DNA of 60,335 nucleotides from positions 1 to 60,335 of IMG/VR virus record IMGVR_UViG_3300034418_003568, one strand, 5' to 3'. Positions 29,217 to 36,455 of this stretch are shown here, in pieces. Positions within the stretch are counted from its first letter, which is position 1, and each line of letters begins with the position of its first letter. Source of the DNA: a virus (Duplodnaviria > Caudoviricetes). The position numbers and the translations under genes were made by a program. The notes under the pieces were generated by a model. That model did no database searches and was not told the DNA's origin. It saw only the letters and a list, made by a program, of their open reading frames with translations.

Positions 29217-29514
29217 CATCATGATCCGCACCAAATGACAGGATCAGATCAATCAGATCGGTCATCTCTTTCTTGGACATTCCAGAGGTCGGCTCACCCA
29301 GATACACCACGCCCCCATCGATAGCGGGAACCATTCTCTGTTTACGGATCGCGGCAGTGAAGATCCACTTCCAATCCTTCTTGGATAGTTTCTGACCATG
29401 CCATTCGACCTGACGGGAAATGTCACCCAATAACGCCCACATCAAAGCGTTCTGACCAATCGACCGTCGATCCTTGGCAATGATCTTGCCAATTAAAGTC
29501 TCTAGTTCTTCCAT
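29191..29514 (-). CDS. ninB: NinB-like recombination protein
   Basis: RS..QNALMWALL.DISRQVEWHG.KL...DWK.IFTAA...TS.M...EM..LI. Confidence 0.85.
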   Translation of the reverse strand: MEELETLIGKIIAKDRRSIGQNALMWALLGDISRQVEWHGQKLSKKDWKWIFTAAIRKQRMVPAIDGGVVYLGEPTSGMSKKEMTDLIDLILSFGADHDVAWSDESD

Positions 29515-29517
29515 GGA

Positions 29518-30066
29518 TCAAGCCTCAGAGCTAAACCATTTATCCTGTCTTTTCAGGAACTTAGGCCATTCTGTTTCAGTAAAGGATTTATCTTGGATCA
29601 GAATGTGGTTGGTAGGCTGTGCGGTGTACCGCCCAAGGTGAGGGAGGGAGAAGAAATAAAACTCCTTGGATTGTGTGGGTTCGGCACTAAACCCATCGCC
29701 AATCGGAGCAGCGGTAAATAGATATTGTCCTTCATGCTCAGACCGATTCTGGAGGCGTACACGGGCCTGCATTCCTGAAAGGAAGGGGTACTCAAGGGTT
29801 GTGAACTGCCAGCCATAAGCGTCCCACGTTGCCGCATCAGAGGGTTCCCAAGGAACCGCTCCCTTATATAGACAAAGCTGATGGAGTCCTAGATTCCGAT
29901 AGATAGCGCCACATTCTAGCAGGACATGACAACCCCAAGCACGACCGGGCCATGCGGATAAACCAAACCAGATCGCTTTCATCCAGTCATGTTCCCCACA
30001 AGCATTGGGTTCCAGCCAGACATACTGATGCTTCGGGAGAGATCCTGATCCGGTGAAGAGGGTCAA
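29518..30066 (-). CDS. Conserved hypothetical phage protein
   Basis: 182-aa ORF translationally coupled within the operon. Confidence 0.6.
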   Translation of the reverse strand: MTLFTGSGSLPKHQYVWLEPNACGEHDWMKAIWFGLSAWPGRAWGCHVLLECGAIYRNLGLHQLCLYKGAVPWEPSDAATWDAYGWQFTTLEYPFLSGMQARVRLQNRSEHEGQYLFTAAPIGDGFSAEPTQSKEFYFFSLPHLGRYTAQPTNHILIQDKSFTETEWPKFLKRQDKWFSSEA

Positions 30067-30302
30067 CCTTTCCCCCTCCCTCTGATCGCATTAGCCACAC
30101 CACTCGGGCAGGACTCACAGGTTGGCTCATAAGATTCAGCCACCAAAGCACACGCCTCACGCTCGGCTGCGGCAACGAGGGCGGCGAACCTAGCCATCAT
30201 TTCCATTGGAACACCATCGCGATCTATCTCACAGAATTCATAGTCATCGCGATAGTAGATGCCAGCTTCTTTCGCTAATCGAATGATGGTTTCCTCATCC
30301 AT
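30063..30302 (-). CDS. Hypothetical protein
   Basis: IIRLAKEAG...FAALVAAAEREACA motif typical of proteobacterial phages. Confidence 0.65.
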   Translation of the reverse strand: MDEETIIRLAKEAGIYYRDDYEFCEIDRDGVPMEMMARFAALVAAAEREACALVAESYEPTCESCPSGVANAIRGRGKG

Positions 30303-30597
30303 TGTTCTTCTCCTTCAGCTTGGCTTCGACTTCTTTCATCACAGCCCATGCTTCGGGTTCGGCTAGGTTCTCACACGGATCACCTCCAACGAGACAATCG
30401 TTAAACTCTTCGTCGGTCAGTCCAACCCATTCACGCTTTGTAGTCCCCACTGGGTCAACATCTTTTCGCATCACGACATAAGCCAACACTTCGCCATCAA
30501 ACAAGTCAGCTCTGATTGTGACGATAACGTAGTCATCTCCCGCTTGTTGCTGCATCTTTTCTGCGCTGTCGTAATCACGAAAGCCAATCCAAATCAT
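30295..30597 (-). CDS. Hypothetical protein
   Basis: REWVGLTDEE...EAKLKEKN motif. Confidence 0.65.
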   Translation of the reverse strand: MIWIGFRDYDSAEKMQQQAGDDYVIVTIRADLFDGEVLAYVVMRKDVDPVGTTKREWVGLTDEEFNDCLVGGDPCENLAEPEAWAVMKEVEAKLKEKNNG

Positions 30598-30809
30598 AGC
30601 TTCCCCTCTTTCGCCAAAACATAGTCGTACCGTTTAATCCCACGCCTCGCTGCATTGACCACCGCACTAGGACGCAGCCCCAATTCTTTCGCAAGAACAG
30701 CGTAGGTCATTTCAGCAATACGATCTTTTGATTTCTTGAGCTTTATGATTTCCCGATACTGGTCTAGCGAAATCCTTGGAAGGTTGCCCGGTAACTTAGG
30801 CTCCTTCAT
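30594..30809 (-). CDS. Small HTH-like protein
   Basis: TYAVLAKELGLRPSAV; start could instead be 30818. Confidence 0.5.
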   Translation of the reverse strand: MKEPKLPGNLPRISLDQYREIIKLKKSKDRIAEMTYAVLAKELGLRPSAVVNAARRGIKRYDYVLAKEGKL

Positions 30810-30996
30810 CGTAACCATCTTCCACTATATCCATGTGCATCGTAATGAGACAGGACTCAATTAACCTTAGAACCCCTACCGTTTCCGCTAACGAGATCTC
30901 TCCATCGTATTCATCTAACACCTCGAAGATCTTGTCAGCTAGTTCCTGATTCTTAGAAAACTTCTTTTTGAAGTTACGCTTGATTACATCGCCCAT
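30796..30996 (-). CDS. Hypothetical protein
   Basis: GGGGA RBS and ATG; overlaps the next gene. Confidence 0.55.
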   Translation of the reverse strand: MGDVIKRNFKKKFSKNQELADKIFEVLDEYDGEISLAETVGVLRLIESCLITMHMDIVEDGYDEGA

Positions 30997-31005
30997 GTGT
31001 TTCCC

Positions 31006-31185
31006 CTATGCCAGATAAAATCCAATGGCTGTCCCAATAATTAGCCCGACCATAAAGATCGCAGCTTCCCCTCTACCCCTGTCTTTATCTATTTCCTTAT
31101 AGCTTTCGATGACCCTCTTTTGATAGGTCACTTCCGCTTCAAGCTCTTCAATCCTGTGATTGAGTCTGTCCTGCGAGTATTCCAT
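31006..31185 (-). CDS. Small membrane protein (59 aa, not in ORF track)
   Basis: MEYSQDRLNHRIEELE...AAIFMVGLIIGTAIGFYLA; GGAG RBS. Confidence 0.55.
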   Translation of the reverse strand: MEYSQDRLNHRIEELEAEVTYQKRVIESYKEIDKDRGRGEAAIFMVGLIIGTAIGFYLA

Positions 31186-31426
31186 CGCCCTTCTCCAGTT
31201 TGTCTATCAGCCTGTTTAAATACCATGCTGCTTTCTTCGCATCTTCCAGTGGCTTTCCCTTATGCCACATCCGAAACAGATACTTGAGTGCTTGCCATTG
31301 CAAGGTTCCCGTGATCGGAGATGGTGCAAACCTTACGACATCCTCTATTGCATCGATGGCTTCTTGGTTCCCCGTGGTGTAGTGGCTGGGGTGGTTGACG
31401 GGATCTCCTTTTTGCTGTGCATCCAT
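31148..31426 (-). CDS. DUF3310 (SaV-like) protein
   Basis: VNHPSHYT...EAID...KYL.R...K...ED.KKA.WYL. Confidence 0.85.
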   Translation of the reverse strand: MDAQQKGDPVNHPSHYTTGNQEAIDAIEDVVRFAPSPITGTLQWQALKYLFRMWHKGKPLEDAKKAAWYLNRLIDKLEKGDGILAGQTQSQD

Positions 31427-31575
31427 CCTTTCTTTGTCTCCTTAAATCCCACTGCCAGTAACGCTTCTTCAATGCGGCAATTGCCTAACACGTTCTTATG
31501 TCTACGGAACGAATCAGGATTTGCGAACAGTCTTTGACACTCTCCGCACCGCCTTTGCTTTGATACCTTCACCAT
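31345..31575 (-). CDS. Zinc finger protein
   Basis: CGECQRLF....SF.RH.....C. Confidence 0.55.
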   Translation of the reverse strand: MVKVSKQRRCGECQRLFANPDSFRRHKNVLGNCRIEEALLAVGFKETKKGWMHSKKEIPSTTPATTPRGTKKPSMQ

Positions 31576-31738
31576 TCTTTAGCCTTTCGTTCTCAGTCCT
31601 GAGCCGTTTAATCTCATCGTAACAAGCCCACAACACCCCACCGACTGTCAAGAACTTCATCTCTGTAGTCGTTCCTACATCGTTGATCTCTTCAGGTAAA
31701 TCCCGAATGAGATCCAAAATATCGTCTTCGGTTTCCAT
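31514..31738 (-). CDS. Hypothetical protein
   Basis: In-operon ORF with a DEIKRLR motif. Confidence 0.5.
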   Translation of the reverse strand: METEDDILDLIRDLPEEINDVGTTTEMKFLTVGGVLWACYDEIKRLRTENERLKNGEGIKAKAVRRVSKTVRKS

Positions 31739-31968
31739 TAAGGTATACCGTGATGGTACAAATCCTCTAGCTCTTTTCTCACATAAGTCAGCTCTGCTTG
31801 AAGTGTCTTGATCTCTTGCTCAATCACAGTGGCTTCCTTGTACATCCCACGCCCACGCAAATTTGCAAAGGCTGTTTCCAACTTCATGCCCTGCGTCTGG
31901 TTATAACGCCACGGCATCTTTTCCATTTCACGCTGCCAAGAACCCGGCTCACTTTGATTGTCAATCAT
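31738..31968 (-). CDS. Hypothetical protein
   Basis: GAGGTG RBS; stop overlaps the next start. Confidence 0.55.
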   Translation of the reverse strand: MIDNQSEPGSWQREMEKMPWRYNQTQGMKLETAFANLRGRGMYKEATVIEQEIKTLQAELTYVRKELEDLYHHGIP

Positions 31969-31972
31969 GATG

Positions 31973-32248
31973 TCACCTCATTTGTGAACGAACCTTTGCC
32001 TCAGTTTCAACCGCTACAATATCTCGCACCAAAGTCAATAGCTTGCAGATCACATGGCTATCGGACTTCTTCTCATTAGCTTTATGAAGCTCATCGAACT
32101 GTGCAGCAAGTGCATTAATCATCGCCCAGTCGATAAACTCTAGCTCACAATCATCATTGATTTGCGCCCACACCTTTTCCTGTGGGGGCATGGGAACCAT
32201 ATCCTCTTTCTTTACGTCAAGGAAAGAGATGTCATCGTCCTCTTGCAT
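31973..32248 (-). CDS. Hypothetical protein
   Basis: AAGGAG RBS and ATG. Confidence 0.55.
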   Translation of the reverse strand: MQEDDDISFLDVKKEDMVPMPPQEKVWAQINDDCELEFIDWAMINALAAQFDELHKANEKKSDSHVICKLLTLVRDIVAVETEAKVRSQMR

Positions 32249-33417
32249 TCTGCAATCTCCTTTAGTGTGTGTATCACTTGATCCATTTGCTTATCCCACG
32301 GAGCGACCATGCTCTCGCGGTTAAAGATCTCGACACTTGGATACCATAAAGATCGATTCCCGTCCTTGCTGTTCCAGTACCAGAGTTTATTGGCATCCAA
32401 TAGCAGCACAGGTTTACCCATTGCCCCTGCGATATGGACATTGGCATTACTACAGGACACCACCACATCACAGAAACGAATCATGGAAGCGACCCCTTCC
32501 AGATCGAAGAACGTGTTGACTGTAGTCTGTAGGATACAGTGTCCGGTCTCCTGCTCGAACCCTGCAATGGCTTCCTTTGATTTACCGTACTGAAGATTCA
32601 CCACCTTCACATTGGGGATATCAAAGATCGGAGCGAACTGATGGAGCGGAACGCTCTTGTGTTCCCCGACTCTGGGTGCAGTGCTTGCCCAACTAATGCC
32701 AACCACAAAGTCTTCCTCTTTCAAACTCAGTTGTTTAAACAGAAGTTTGCTTTGCTCTTTGTCGGCAATCAGATAACGCTCAGATCGGTGGACAGGGATA
32801 TCATCGAACGAATGGATGAACGCTTTCCCTAAGCTGCCAATCGGAATCTGTGAATCGAATGACATGTTCTTAACACGGGAATCATGGCGAATGAATTCGA
32901 TATGGGGCATCGCTCTTTGCATCATCCCCATCAATCGAATATCCACCATCGCGGTAACCTTCTGAGTAATTTTACTCAGAGCGTTGAGTAAACTCGCGTA
33001 CAGGGTTTGATCTCCAATGCCCTGCTCACACCACACCAGTACTGACTGATAACCTTTGTCGATCTCCCATCGCGGGAGCTTGGTCTTGAGCTTGGGAGAT
33101 TTAAACGCATCGCTTTCCCAACGGGACTCGTACCAATCCCAACCTTTCTCAAAGTCTCCCAACTGCAAGGACATCAGACCCATTGTCCACTTGGTATCGG
33201 GACTATCCGGATCCATTCGCAATGCCAATTGAAAATCTCTAAGTGCTTTCTCCCAACGTCTCATCTCCCAGTGAGCGCGACCGCGTTGCACCAGACCATT
33301 CACCAAAAGCGGATACAGCTTGACGATATCATCAAGGTTGGTAATCGCCCGATCAAACTGATCGTTGTTAACCAGTTCAACTGCTTCGTTAAAAAGATCC
33401 TGAATAGATTTGCTCAC
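32212..33417 (-). CDS. TPR-containing glycosyltransferase (GT9/heptosyltransferase-like)
   Basis: N-terminal TPRs; GW..YE.RW, EQGIGD, VGISW, NLQYG, D.VVS..N..VH.AGAMGKP; GTG start coupled to the upstream ORF. Confidence 0.8.
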   Translation of the reverse strand: MSKSIQDLFNEAVELVNNDQFDRAITNLDDIVKLYPLLVNGLVQRGRAHWEMRRWEKALRDFQLALRMDPDSPDTKWTMGLMSLQLGDFEKGWDWYESRWESDAFKSPKLKTKLPRWEIDKGYQSVLVWCEQGIGDQTLYASLLNALSKITQKVTAMVDIRLMGMMQRAMPHIEFIRHDSRVKNMSFDSQIPIGSLGKAFIHSFDDIPVHRSERYLIADKEQSKLLFKQLSLKEEDFVVGISWASTAPRVGEHKSVPLHQFAPIFDIPNVKVVNLQYGKSKEAIAGFEQETGHCILQTTVNTFFDLEGVASMIRFCDVVVSCSNANVHIAGAMGKPVLLLDANKLWYWNSKDGNRSLWYPSVEIFNRESMVAPWDKQMDQVIHTLKEIAECKRTMTSLSLT

Positions 33418-33530
33418 CAGTAATCCACTCCGCTTCTGGAACATCTGACATTGGGAGGCGGGACATGCCGCCACTGGTAATCACGGCAGGCTTTGAGATC
33501 AGTCCAGAGTTTTTTAATCAGATTAAACAT
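33414..33530 (-). CDS. Small hypothetical protein (38 aa, not in ORF track)
   Basis: MFNLIKKLW...HVPPPNVRCSRSGVDYW; GGAGG RBS; GTGA overlap with the next gene. Confidence 0.5.
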   Translation of the reverse strand: MFNLIKKLWTDLKACRDYQWRHVPPPNVRCSRSGVDYW

Positions 33531-33580
33531 GCACCCTCCAAGAACCCAGCGACACCCCCATGATGCCGCTGGGTATTAAA

Positions 33581-33850
33581 TTAGAACGGCACTTCTTCCA
33601 AGGACTTTTCCTTATCCACCCACTTATTCGCTGACAAGGAAATGTATTGAACACCAGACTTGCTTGTGTTGTTCCATGCAGAAACGGATAGCTTGATCGG
33701 TCGATTGGCTTTCGCTTCTTCGATCAGTTCCTTCAGCAACGCTTTGGTGAGTGTCAGTTCACCACGCATTGCAGGATGTTTATCTGACTTGCGATCACGC
33801 ACCTTGAACAACGCACCTTGCGTTCGATCTCCTGAGTTGTAATCAACCAT
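33581..33850 (-). CDS. Single-stranded DNA-binding protein (DUF736-like)
   Basis: GALFK...K.DKHP..RG...SAW...SKSG..YISLS; acidic EEVPF tail. Confidence 0.75.
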   Translation of the reverse strand: MVDYNSGDRTQGALFKVRDRKSDKHPAMRGELTLTKALLKELIEEAKANRPIKLSVSAWNNTSKSGVQYISLSANKWVDKEKSLEEVPF

Positions 33851-34520
33851 TGGTTTCTCCTTCCAGTTTTGATTTCAGTTCCGTAAAGCCGGTCTTCAAC
33901 ATCTCGTACTGCTTCGGATAGTTGCTGTCCAAGATATCAATGACCTGCTTGTTATCACTCCAGAATTTCCGGAGAGAATCTGTGTTGCTGCAGAACTTGT
34001 TTGCAAATTCCATCAGCTTGCCTACCACTTCCGCTGCTCCCTCTTCACTGGGAATATCATTGAACCCCTGCTTGGTGGGAACCTTTTTCTTGACCGACTT
34101 GATCGGGGTCTCATCGATCAACGGATCATCAGGGGTCGTAGCTGCGGTGACATCCTCACCCGCATAGATCGCATGACCCAACCCGAACATACTGACGCAC
34201 TTCACTAGGCATCGCATACGGGTATCCGAAATTTTTCTGGCATCGGGGTTCTTGATCGCGTTGTTTTTGTAGTCCATGACCGGAAGCCACATGGATCTGT
34301 GGCACTTGCCGATCACGATATCGCAGTGAACGGTGACACTCCCATCAGGGTGTAGTTCATGCCCCGCAAAACTGTATTCAGCTTGCGGATAATGCTCCAT
34401 CAGAACACCCCAAGCCCATGCCCAACTGAGGTACGATAAGCCATTCTTTTTCTCGACATGCTTGGACACATCGACCTTCGACAACGTGTTCCAGATGTCT
34501 GCATATGTCGGCTCCGACAT
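33843..34520 (-). CDS. Sak/Rad52-like single-strand annealing protein (DUF1071)
   Basis: VEKKNGLSYLSWAWAW...LPVMDYKN...MRCLVK....FGLG..IYAGED. Confidence 0.9.
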   Translation of the reverse strand: MSEPTYADIWNTLSKVDVSKHVEKKNGLSYLSWAWAWGVLMEHYPQAEYSFAGHELHPDGSVTVHCDIVIGKCHRSMWLPVMDYKNNAIKNPDARKISDTRMRCLVKCVSMFGLGHAIYAGEDVTAATTPDDPLIDETPIKSVKKKVPTKQGFNDIPSEEGAAEVVGKLMEFANKFCSNTDSLRKFWSDNKQVIDILDSNYPKQYEMLKTGFTELKSKLEGETNG

Positions 34521-34549
34521 AGTATTCTCCTGTTGTGGTTGATTGATTT

Positions 34550-34577
34550 ATTCTAACACACCAACTAACCAAGTCAA
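34550..34577 (-). promoter_or_regulatory. Sigma70-type promoter upstream of the Sak gene
   Basis: TTGACT-N16-TAGAAT with a TGn extension. Confidence 0.6.
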
Positions 34578-35452
34578 TAACCCGATAACTCTGACATAAC
34601 CTCTTGTTTATATTGGGAACACCACGCATTGACTCGACACCAGTTCGCTTTGCAACGAGTCGATTCGCCCCTTCGGAACTCTAGTTCCATGCCATCAGTC
34701 AGTGCAGCTTTGGCATCCTCTTCGTTATCAAAAAGTTTTTGCGCCCGTCTCTGACCTTTCTTTTTGATTGCCCACTTGGATTCTTTGATCCATCGCTCTT
34801 CATCAGAACACCATGGTAGTTCCATACCAGTCAGTCGGTCGAACTCTGCTTTCTGGTGCAGTGCAACACGCTCATTGAGATATCGATCTTGCTCTTCCTC
34901 AGACCACATATTGATATCGATCTCGACAATCGGTGCTTTGGGATAGTCGATCTTGTCCTGCGCGTCACGCGAACGCCAGTCTCTCAAGATCGCGATCACC
35001 TTCAACCCTTTGACCTTGGAACCTTTGGACTTGCGAACGAGCGCGGCATAACAGTTTAGCTGCCGCTCCCACTCGACCTTGCCCATGATCACCGACCACA
35101 CCGAGGTAGTCTTGTAGTCCATGATCGTGATGCCGTCCTCTTCGATTCGCTGAACATCAATCGCACCGGACACCACCCAACCATCGATCTCTGTGAAGAG
35201 TCGCTCTTCGCTGATGTGATTGTCATCACCTGTCTCTTCAAACATTTTGTGTGCTGCACTACCGAGTACTGCCCACATTTTCTCCGAGACATCCTCTTCG
35301 AGTTCTTCCCAATGCTCCTGCTTTAGTATACGAACCCTTGGAGAATCAATGAGTTGCGTAATCGAACGATTACTATCTCCTTTGGAGTACTCATTACGGG
35401 TTAACGCTTTCACAACAGGGTTTGGTAACCCAAATTTATTCGTTAGTTTCAT
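34574..35452 (-). CDS. PD-(D/E)XK exonuclease
   Basis: G.A.H...E, SGAID, DYKTT and QLN.YA motifs; C-terminal Cys cluster. Confidence 0.85.
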   Translation of the reverse strand: MKLTNKFGLPNPVVKALTRNEYSKGDSNRSITQLIDSPRVRILKQEHWEELEEDVSEKMWAVLGSAAHKMFEETGDDNHISEERLFTEIDGWVVSGAIDVQRIEEDGITIMDYKTTSVWSVIMGKVEWERQLNCYAALVRKSKGSKVKGLKVIAILRDWRSRDAQDKIDYPKAPIVEIDINMWSEEEQDRYLNERVALHQKAEFDRLTGMELPWCSDEERWIKESKWAIKKKGQRRAQKLFDNEEDAKAALTDGMELEFRRGESTRCKANWCRVNAWCSQYKQEVMSELSGY

Positions 35453-35691
35453 ACTCTCCAGATCCTCACGCCGCCTTTTGAGATTGAACTACTGAAGTTG
35501 TAGTCAGGGTGTTGTTTCTTGAACCGACTCAACCTCACTCGAATGTTATGTAATACTTGATCTGCCTCCTCGTCAGTCTTGCAGTCAATGAGTATGGAAT
35601 CACCGACCTGTAAATCTTTGAGTGGTAGTGGCCCGATCTTCACTCGCTTGGCGATACGGGGCGGGAGTGGGACTCCCTTATCAATCTTCAT
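35449..35691 (-). CDS. Small putative DNA-binding protein
   Basis: IDKGVPLP...L.VGDS...GVRIWR; divergent from rusA. Confidence 0.6.
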   Translation of the reverse strand: MKIDKGVPLPPRIAKRVKIGPLPLKDLQVGDSILIDCKTDEEADQVLHNIRVRLSRFKKQHPDYNFSSSISKGGVRIWRV

Positions 35692-35735
35692 TGGAACCTC
35701 CTTAGCTAGAAAGATAACACATTAACATTGATAAC

Positions 35736-36116
35736 ATGAAAAGGGAAGTATCTTTTACGGTGTTAGGTGAGCCAGCATCTAAGGCTAACAGCAGGAAACT
35801 TGTGCGCTTTGGTAACAGACCGGGGTTTATCAAGTCACAGAAAGCGCGTGACTATGTGAACACGTTCAAGTTGCAATGCCCTAAGTTAGATCCTTTGATG
35901 GACGGTGATCTGTCTGTGTCCATCACGATCTATTACGCATCACGCAGACCTGATCTGGATGAGTCAGTGATCTTAGATGCGATGCAAGATTTGATTTATC
36001 TCAATGACAGACAGGTCAAAGAGAAACATATCTACTGGGGATTAGATAAGGACAATCCACGATCAGAGATCACGGTCAAAAAGAAAGCCCCCGACAGAGA
36101 CCCATCGGGGGCTTGA
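35736..36116 (+). CDS. rusA: RusA-like Holliday junction resolvase
   Basis: GEP.SKAN, RRPDLD, D.MQ..IY.NDRQV and NPR motifs. Confidence 0.85.
   Translation: MKREVSFTVLGEPASKANSRKLVRFGNRPGFIKSQKARDYVNTFKLQCPKLDPLMDGDLSVSITIYYASRRPDLDESVILDAMQDLIYLNDRQVKEKHIYWGLDKDNPRSEITVKKKAPDRDPSGA
36078..36114 (-). terminator. Intrinsic terminator for a minus-strand transcript
   Basis: AAGCCCCCGA/TCGGGGGCTT stem; the T-tract (TTTCTTTTT) is on the minus strand only, where no gene ends. Confidence 0.7.
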
Positions 36117-36163
36117 CCCGCTTGGGGATTAGCAGGTAGTCTCAGAGGTGCAAGTCGAGACGG
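36078..36163 (-). ncRNA. Candidate anti-SD sRNA 1
   Basis: Promoter TTGCTA-N17-TAGTAT; hairpin GTCTC-GACTTGCACCTCT-GAGAC; hairpin ACCTGCT-AATCCCCA-AGCGGGT; terminator. Confidence 0.65.
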
Positions 36164-36168
36164 GTTGG

Positions 36169-36197
36169 ATACTAGACGTATTCACAATACATAGCAA
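36169..36197 (-). promoter_or_regulatory. Sigma70-type promoter for candidate sRNA 1
   Basis: TTGCTA (36197-36192), 17-nt spacer, TAGTAT (36174-36169). Confidence 0.6.
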
Positions 36198-36220
36198 CCC
36201 CCCGTCCTACTGCCGTCTCA

Positions 36221-36392
36221 AGCTGGGTGCAAGTTCCAGTTGGCTGAATGCCGTATCGCGATTCAGTCAGGGGTGAATGTTCTGAGGACGTAAAAAAATC
36301 AGACAGGCGTAAGCGATAGCTGGCTCCGTCCAGTATGGCGTTCCCGATCCCATTACAATGGGGTTTAGGGGGCGCTTTGCTCCTGCTTCACC
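36221..36392 (+). ncRNA. Candidate structured leader upstream of the primase-helicase
   Basis: Stems AGCTGG/CCAGTT, TGGCTGAAT/ATTCAGTCA, GGTGAA/TTCACC and GCGTTCCC..CCCAT/ATGGG..GGGGGCGC. Confidence 0.45.
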
Positions 36393-36455
36393 ATCCAGTA
36401 TGGGTTACTCAATAGATATTTATATAGATTTATTCACGGTGCATAGGGGAATTAC

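Noticed and set aside
34574-35452. Cas4-like nuclease as part of a CRISPR system
   Set aside because: No array or other cas genes; it sits with sak and ssb as a normal recombination exonuclease
36200-36400. Structured region as a tRNA or tmRNA
   Set aside because: No T-loop GTTCRA, cloverleaf or CCA end was found
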